Source of the DNA: Eledone cirrhosa
Taxonomy: Eukaryota
DNA length: 64,000 nucleotides
Direction: 5' to 3'
NCBI GenBank assembly: GCA_964016885.1
Contig: OZ024740.1
Span: 141,360,001-141,424,000 of the forward strand
A model generated the notes under the pieces. That model had not been told where the DNA came from. It saw only the letters and a list, made by a program, of their open reading frames with translations, and did no database searches. Shown here piece after piece: positions 56,264 to 64,000 of this stretch. Made by a program: the position numbers and the translations under genes. Position 1 is the stretch's first letter. Each line of letters begins with the position of its first letter.

Positions 56264-56267
<4 letters not shown>

Positions 56268-57030
56268 TGAACCCCCAATGCTGGACTGGTACCATATTTA
56301 TTGATTTTGAACGGCTGAAAGGCAAAGTTGAATTAAGCGTACAGAGAATCAGAAGGAAACCACAAAGCATGCTATCCAACATTCTAATGATACTGACATT
56401 TTACCACCATAAAAGTAGGGTTCTTACAATAAAAGAACTACAGTTAAAGTCCTTAGTAAAAGAATTAAATAGTGAAGATGGTTACACTGCATTAGTTTAA
56501 GGATATGTACAATAGGTAAACTACAGATATGTTTTTATAAGGAAGCGAGTTTAGCTAAGAATGTCAGGTGCCAGAGTAAAAATTGTGCTTGTGTGGACAC
56601 ATGATGCATATGTAGTCAAATTCCACTAAACCAACCTTCAACCCACATCCCTATATTCTGTAAACCAACCACAGACTGACATCAACTATTGGTATGGGGA
56701 AGAGAGATGTTAATAAGCCTCTACGTAGTTTTTGTATGATAAAACTATTATTAACTGCAGCTATGATGATCAATGAGTGAAGAAGTGGCAAGAGATCTTA
56801 GTAGAAGGAAGTTTCAGTAGCGGAAGACTGAGGGAGATCTGAATGGAAGTGGTGAAACTGATCTCAAAACACTGAACAAGACAGAAGATATGACAAAGGA
56901 AGGCAATGAATGGAGGGAAGCTGTGCTGGAAAAGACTCACCCAACCCATGCAAGCATGGAAAAATGAATACAAAATGATGATGATGATATAAATATGGCA
57001 GGCAACTGTAAAAAATAGGTTTGTTCTTAC

Positions 57031-57169
57031 CTCATTCCACGTGTAGTCAAACATTGCACTGGCAATATTTTCTCGGACACAGGCCAGGGGTGTAATGGGA
57101 GGGTAACCAGTTCGATAGTAGTGGCTTGATTTTAGACAGTGTCTTTGACCATCAGCTACTGTATCTATT
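57031..57169 (-). CDS. FAM149B1: FAM149-like exon with the conserved central block
   Basis: aattcag| and |gtaaga; GYPPITPLACVRENIASAMFDYTWNE resembles the FAM149 GxPPxxP...FDxxW block; phase 2-0. Confidence 0.88.
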
Positions 57170-57429
57170 CTGAATTAAAAAATGGCTGAGGGTCAGAGTT
57201 AGGACTAGCGTAAGATATTATTAACACATACAGTACAAAAAAAAACATGATAATTTTAGTCTTAAAGTAATTTTGTCTGGTGCTCCATTGATTCTGTCAT
57301 CTACTCTCCACTTCAATAATGATTTCTAATTTAGGCATAAGGGCAGCAATTTGCCTAAATTAGAAATCCTTATTGAAGTGCAGGGTAGATGACAGAGTCA
57401 ATTAAGGCAAAAGGACAGCAATTTGTTCT

Positions 57430-59110
57430 CAGTAGAGCTGTTCTGCTAGAGAATGGGTTGCAGGTGGTAGATAACGATACTGCCACCAGATATGATAGCT
57501 AGTTGCGATATAAGCGGGAAACTGCTGAACGAATACGCAACCCCAGACCAACAGTGGTAAACTACTAGGGGAGATGGAGTAGTGGGTATAAACTGCAACT
57601 TCCAAGAAAATTTCACAACCCAATGATGTAGCTATGATGAGGTGATTAAAGGGGTCCTCTAAAAAAGCCTAGTCATCATGGGTTTGATAAAGTACCAGAT
57701 TGGTGACTGGCGTGAATAAGATCACTGAAACTGAAACTGAAATTGCAATATGATGAGGAAAACAAAGGGGAACCATACAGCATCGTCTTTCACGCGTGTT
57801 ACCAAGAGACACATTCAGGTCTTGGGTAGAGGGGCCTGTTCGAAAAATATGTTGCAGTCTCTATGTTGCAAAAACTAGTGATGGGCCTGTGACCTGTCCT
57901 GGGAGGTGTGGGATGGACGCACAAAGGTTGCATATCCTGAGACCCCAAAGAGGTTTAGAAGGGAGCAAACCTTAATATTTGAAATCTGGAACATCACAAC
58001 TCTTATAGGTAAGGAGCAGGAACTAGTAGAGGAGGCTAGATGCTACAGGCTTAATATAGTTGGGGTTTTCTCAACATAATTTTGTGGCTGAGACAATGTA
58101 GATTTGGATGGAGGATGGAAACACCACTAATCAGGTGTGGCACCAGACTGCACAGGTGGGAGTGGGGATACTCACAAGCCCCTGGCTATCAGAATGTGTT
58201 ATGAACTGGATCCCATTAGAAGGGAGGGTTTGCCTCTTGAAGCTTAGGCTGAAAGATAGGTCTTTGTGGGTGGTGCAAGTTTATGCACCAAACAAGGAGT
58301 CCAAATACAGGTCCTTCCTTGATAAAGCCACTGCAGCATTAGATGTAGTTAAGACTGAGTCATATATCCTGATGGGAGACTTCAATGCACATTCTGGCAC
58401 TGACCACCTGACATGCAAAGGAGTGATTGGAAGGAATGGCGAACCTGATCTAAATACGATGGAGAGGCCTTACTAGACTTCTGGTCTAGTAATGCACTCT
58501 GTATTATAAACACCTTCTTCCAGCATAGAGACATCCATAAATATATGTAGTATAAGGTGAATCAGGGACAGAGATCAATAATTGATTTTGTTATTGTTTC
58601 TGATCGCTTTGTTTCTGTGCTGGATGTTCATGTTAAGAGAAGTGCTGAACTATCAACTGAGAACCATCTAGTTTATCTGCAACTTGAGACTACCAAGAGC
58701 CAAAGAAGCCCACAAAACTGGCAGGTCCAGGGTGACCTACAGGATAAAGTGGTAAGCATTGTGTGCTGAGTGGCCTGGATCTCTAGAAAAACACCTAAGC
58801 AATGGCAATCGAGAGTGATAATCCAAAATTTCAAAAAGGGAAACAAGAGAGATTGTTCCAGTTACAGAGAGATCTCCTTGTTAAGACTTTCAGTATCTGG
58901 CAAAGAGATGCAGGGAGATTGTCGAGTCCAAGTTAGTTGATGAACTGTGCGGTTTTTGCCCCAGATGCAACACAGCTAACCAAATATTCACACTGCGGCA
59001 GGTCTTCAAGAAATTGTGGGAGTATTGCCGAGAGGTAAATTCTTGTTTTGTCGACCTTGAAAAGGCATATGCTCGTATTCCTCAGGACCTGCAGTGGAAA
59101 TATGTTGAAA
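57430..59110 (+). mobile_element. Decayed RTE (Expander/Rex3-like): 5' UTR, APE and partial RT
   Basis: WNITTLIGKEQELVEE, VQVYAPN, LMGDFNAH, RSIIDFVIV, DQIFTLRQ-like, CFVDLEKAY. Confidence 0.82.
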
Positions 59111-59766
59111 TATACTGGGTATGTTTTATTTGTCATCCTTTGCCCATTATATATTTCTACTGCATTGTACTGGTTTTCTGAAACTTATCAGTCATTTATT
59201 ACACATTTCACAATGCTTCGTATTAACTAGAATAATATTTAAAATTGTAATGATAATAGTTTTTTACGGGGTCGATAGAATAAAGTACCAGTAATGCACT
59301 GGGTAATTGCTGGCCTTGTTCCTAAAGTAGAAACAATTATTATTATATTAACTGTTTTTTTTTACTAGAGATGGATGACGTTCAAAGTTGATCTTGGTTG
59401 GATTTGAGCTCAGAATATAAAGATCAGACTAAATACCACAGAGTAATTTGTCTAATACTCTAATGATTCTACCAATCCACTGACCTTATGTTAATCTTGG
59501 AAGGATGAAAAACGAAGTTGATATTGGTGAGATTTGAACTCAGAATGTAAATACCACAAAGTATCCCCCCCAACAAACATTTCTGCTAACATATGGATCA
59601 TGCTATTATACAGCATTGCTGCCTATTATCACTATTAATCTATTACATTACCAGCAGCAACAGCAATAGTCATAACTAATAACAACAAATAGCTACAACA
59701 ATGGCAACAGCCACAACAGCAATAACAACAAAACATCAGTTACAACAATATATTATATATACTAAC

Positions 59767-59940
59767 CTATCAGGGTAGTCTATTGCAATGATTTCCTCAA
59801 CATCTCCATCTTTCTCTATGATTTCTTCAAAAGTATCAGTTTGGTTCTGTTGTGTACTGTTGGGGTCTCTTGGTGATGATCCACTGTATGCCTGAGACTG
59901 TGATTTGAGCCGTTCTGCAGATTTACCAGTGATGTTTAAC
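59767..59940 (-). CDS. FAM149B1: FAM149-like exon
   Basis: gaaag| and |gttagt; LNITGK...EEIIEKDGDVEEIIAIDY; phase 2-2. Confidence 0.83.
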
Positions 59941-60969
59941 CTTTCAATTAGATACAGAAGTAAAGATTATTAGCTAATATTTGAGAACATATTTTATATA
60001 GGCACTAGTGGATTATTTCATTCAATAATGATTGTAATAGCATTGAATATATTTCACTTTTGGAATCCAGGATTGGTTTGCCATATATACCGGGATTATT
60101 AGATACATAAACAACCAAACAAAATGCAAATTTTGTGTTTTCCTAAGAGAAACCCAATACTTAATGTTCATTACTGACATGCAGAAGTGATTAAAGATAA
60201 AAATGATATTTTCATAATTTATTTCTAGGATATAATTACATAAATGTTCAGCATATATGTAAAAATGATATGCAAAATTAAATGTATGAGCAATTTGGAC
60301 AAATAACTATTTACAGGGACAAATATAAGATTATAATCCAGGACCTTGTGATTGGAAAGTGAACTTCTTATCATAGTAATAGACAGCAAATGCATTGTGT
60401 GTACGCTTGTGTTTAGATTTGAAGGAGATACAGATGGAAATATAAATATACAAATACATGTGGCATATTATTATGGTTGATATTTATTTAAAACAAATTT
60501 GATAAAGCTAGAGTACAGGTGGTGAATTGGCAGACTTGTTAGGACACCTGATAAAATGCTTTGCAGCATTCTTTCTGAGGAACTCCATTCTGAGTTCAAA
60601 TCTTGCCTTACACCCTTTTGCGTTTGATAAATCAAGTACCAGCCAAGCACTGGGGTTGATTACTTATCTCTTTTTCTTCACATCAGGGTCCCAACAATCC
60701 TTTCACTATAACACAGTGTGTGGACACTAAAATAAATAAAGCTAGTGTATTTGTCAACTCAGCTCTAAGTGACACACACAACTTAATATACCAATATATG
60801 ACTACAGTGAAAATCCTCGAGTTATTTCTAATTATCTAATAAGCTAACTGTATTATAGGCTTGCTGAAGCAGAACTGGATATGACTACACATAAGTGATT
60901 TTAACTTTCGATCATGAATGACCAAGGGATTTGCACCTAGAAAATTCTCCTCCAAGGCACAAGACTGGG

Positions 60970-61155
60970 CAAGGTGGATTGGCAGTATCGGTAGAGGGTC
61001 GGACGCCATGCTTTGCAGCACAGTTATGTCCCTTTACGGACTGAGTTCAAATCCCGCCGAGGTTAACTTTGCCTTTCATCCTTACGGGGTCGATAAAATA
61101 AAGTACCAGTAATACTGAGATAATTGCTGGCCTTGTGCCAAAAGTACAAACAGTT
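60970..61155 (+). mobile_element. tRNA-derived SINE (representative copy)
   Basis: A-box-like TGGCAGTATCGG, B-box GAGTTCAAATCC, shared body; related minus copies at about 17600-17730, 33600-33720, 43820-43950, 53750-53950. Confidence 0.75.
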
Positions 61156-61455
61156 ATTTGTAGAAGACCAGCAGTCGCCAATGCATACCAGTCTCCCCTC
61201 TCCATGCCACAAATGCTGTCCTAGGGAAAGGCAAAGGTTGATACAGCTTGGCACCAGAGATGTTGCAATTCATTTCTACAGCTGAGTAAACTGGAGCAAA
61301 GTGAAATAAAGTGTCTTGCTCAAAGACACAGCACATCATCTGGTCCGGGAATTGAACTCACAACTTCACGATTACCCTAACCACTAAGCCATGTGCCATC
61401 ACTGAAACAATACTAATTATTATAATAATACACGTGAATGTAAAAGTTAACATAC

Positions 61456-61605
61456 AGCTGAAGATCTGAGTCAAGAGGTGTGAAACTATTGGAGAAAGAC
61501 AGGTCATCTTCAATGAGATGGGTAGTGGATGTTGATTGATATGGCAGGCGTGGTACAGCATCATATCCCTGCTCCCCAGATGGAAACACTTGCTGACCAA
61601 GTACT
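61456..61605 (-). CDS. FAM149B1: FAM149-like exon (end of the DUF3719 region); most 5' exon in window
   Basis: atttcag| and |gtatgt; (R)VLGQQVFPSGEQGYDAVPR resembles the FAM149 PHLR-ILGxQ segment; phase 2-2. Confidence 0.82.
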
Positions 61606-61708
61606 CTGAAATATAAAAATATATGAATGTGTGAGGATAAATACCATCTATAAACATAATATCATGTGCAGTGTATATGTGTGTATGTGGGTACACACAT
61701 ATATATAA

Positions 61709-61748
<40 letters not shown>

Positions 61749-62050
61749 ACCGCATACAAGCCTGGACCGTTTGCCGTCATGGTCGGGTTCATATCTCTCT
61801 CTATACTCATTCTGCATCTCCCCATGCATTGAGTACTCTCCAGTCTCAGAACTATAGACTGACTATATATATATATAAATATATAAACATATATATCATC
61901 ATTGTCACATTGTTTAACATCTATTTTTCCATGCTTGCATGAATTAGATAGGTTGTCACATTATGAGACAAATCATGTCTGGAAGCCATGTCATCCTTAT
62001 ATTTTAGCTTGGTTACTATGGCTAGATGTCCTTTCTAACACCAACCATAT

Positions 62051-62098
<48 letters not shown>

Positions 62099-62660
62099 TG
62101 GCTTTCCATTGGTTACAATGATGACTGTTGCACTTCATTCAACAGTACAGCTTGCTCATGAAATTAATGTGCAAGTGGTTGATCATTCCACAGACAGATC
62201 TACCCTTAATGTAGTTCGCAGAGTCACACAGAATGTGACAAGGTTGTTAGTGAATACATGGATGGACTGTGAAGGTGCAAGGTTTATTGGTTAGGGTGTT
62301 CAGCACAAGATTGTAAGGTTGTGAGTTTGATTCCTTGCAACACGTTATGTCATTGAATAAGACAACTTATTTCATGTTGCTTTGGTTCACTTAATTGGAA
62401 GAAATGAGTTGTACCTGTAATTCAAAGAGCCAGCCTTGTCACGCACTGTGTCAAGCTGAATCTTCTTGAGAATTACTTTAAGGATACACGTATCTATGGA
62501 ATGCTCAGCCACTTGCACATTAAATTCATGAGTAGGCTGATCTAGTGATCAAGGAAAAGGAATGCTTGTTGTCAGAATCAACAGATATCTAAACTATATA
62601 TATAGATATACATCTAAACTATATATTTAGATATACAATTAAGGTAGAAACAAATCAGTT

Positions 62661-64000
62661 AAAGAAAGCTGAGGAAAGAAAGTTCAAGCATGTTCTACAA
62701 CGCGATGACCAAAAACGTGAGGTGTTCAGGATTGCTAGGCAATGCGTCAAGGAAAACCGTGATATTGTCGGGGAGAAGTGTGTACTAAACGACGATGGCA
62801 CACTTGCCATCACCGACGCTGATAAGAAGGTAGCTTGGAAGTGTCACTATGAAAGGCTACTAAATGAGGAGAATAAATGGGAGAAAGACAGTCTCCCCCA
62901 TATCGACCCAATAGAGGGACCAGCAGTGTTAGTTGAGGGGAGTATAATAAGTAAGGCAATCAAGGATATGAAGACAGGTAAGGCGGCTGGGCCTTCGGAA
63001 ATAGTTGCTGAGATGCTAAAGGCATCTGGCACGGTGGGACACACCATGGTCACCCGCATAGTTAACCAAGTCGTACAGAATGGGGTTGTTCCGAAGGACT
63101 GGCATAGCAGCATCATCGTTAACTGTTATAAGGGTAAAGGAGACGCCCTAGATAGGAGTAACTATAGAGGCATTAAATTAATCGACCAGGTCATGAAGGT
63201 CACGGAAAAAGTAATAGCGCAACTAATCAGAGAGAGAATTGACCTAGATGAAATGCAGTTCGGGTTTGTGTCAGGCAAAAGTACCACAGACGCTCTTTTC
63301 ATAGTACGACAACTACAGGAGAAGTACCTAGCTAAAGGTAAACCCCTCTACTTAGCTTTTGTCGACTTGGAGAAAGCCTTCGACAGAGTCCCCCGCTCCA
63401 TTATCTGGTGGGCTCTTAGAAAACTAGGCGTTGACGAATGGCTTGTGAGGGCTATACAAGCCATGTATAAAGAAACAGTCAGCAAGGTTAGAATTAACAA
63501 CAAATATAGTGAAGAGTTTAGCGTAAAAGTTGGCGTCCATCAGGGCTCTGTTCTCAGCCCACTACTATTTATTATTGCCCTTCAGGCTATAACAGAGGAG
63601 TTCAAGACAGGCTGCCCATGGGAACTCCTATACGCAGACGACCTGACACTCATAGCGGAATCAATGGCCGAGCTAGAGAAGAAATTCCAAACATGGAAGC
63701 ACGGCCTAGAGTCAAAAGGACTTAAAATTAACCTGGCTAAGACCAAAGTACTAGTTTGTAGGAAAGAAAACAAGGCGGCGGTCCCTTCTGGGAAATGGTC
63801 GTGCTCGGTGTGTAGGAAAGGCGTAGGTAGAAACTCCATTTTATGTCCTAAATGCAAAGTATGGGTGCATAAAAGATGTAGTGGGATCACAGGTAAGCTA
63901 ACTAAGAACATAGATTTTACATGTGGCCGGTGCTCTGGTGCAATAAGTAGCAGCAAGTGCCCACAAAATACTAGCTCTTTCAATTGCGCAGAGGGTTCTA
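62661..64000 (+). mobile_element. Young 5'-truncated RTE family A copy in a FAM149 intron, frame apparently open, runs off window
   Basis: Almost identical to the reverse complement of about 8757-10092; keeps the TGG codon and the frame where the long copy is broken. Confidence 0.93.

Overview
Eukaryotic, AT-rich, repeat-dense animal genomic DNA; the LINE/SINE repertoire and long (TA)n arrays suggest an octopod cephalopod (inference). Three protein-coding genes are supported: the last four coding exons of a DHRS7B-like short-chain dehydrogenase (+, 16174-22210), an intronless and divergent mitochondrial EF-Tu of the EF-Tu2 type (-, 25576-26958), and 12 frame-consistent exons of a FAM149A/B1-like gene (-, 37632-61605, 5' part outside the window). 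The first 15 kb, probably a DHRS7B intron, is a nest of eight young RTE-clade LINE pieces whose visible ends, bar one, sit in one interrupted (TA)n array. The main family carries a C4HC3 PHD finger inserted in its reverse transcriptase, ends in (GAT)n tails joined to (AT)n, and shows perfect snap-back palindromes at three 5' junctions, one of which abuts a minimal hammerhead ribozyme with a covariant U3-A8 core. The rest holds decayed RTE, CR1, R4/Dong-like and CRE retroelements, a Helitron end, SINEs and minisatellites. Family assignments come from motif recognition, not database searches.
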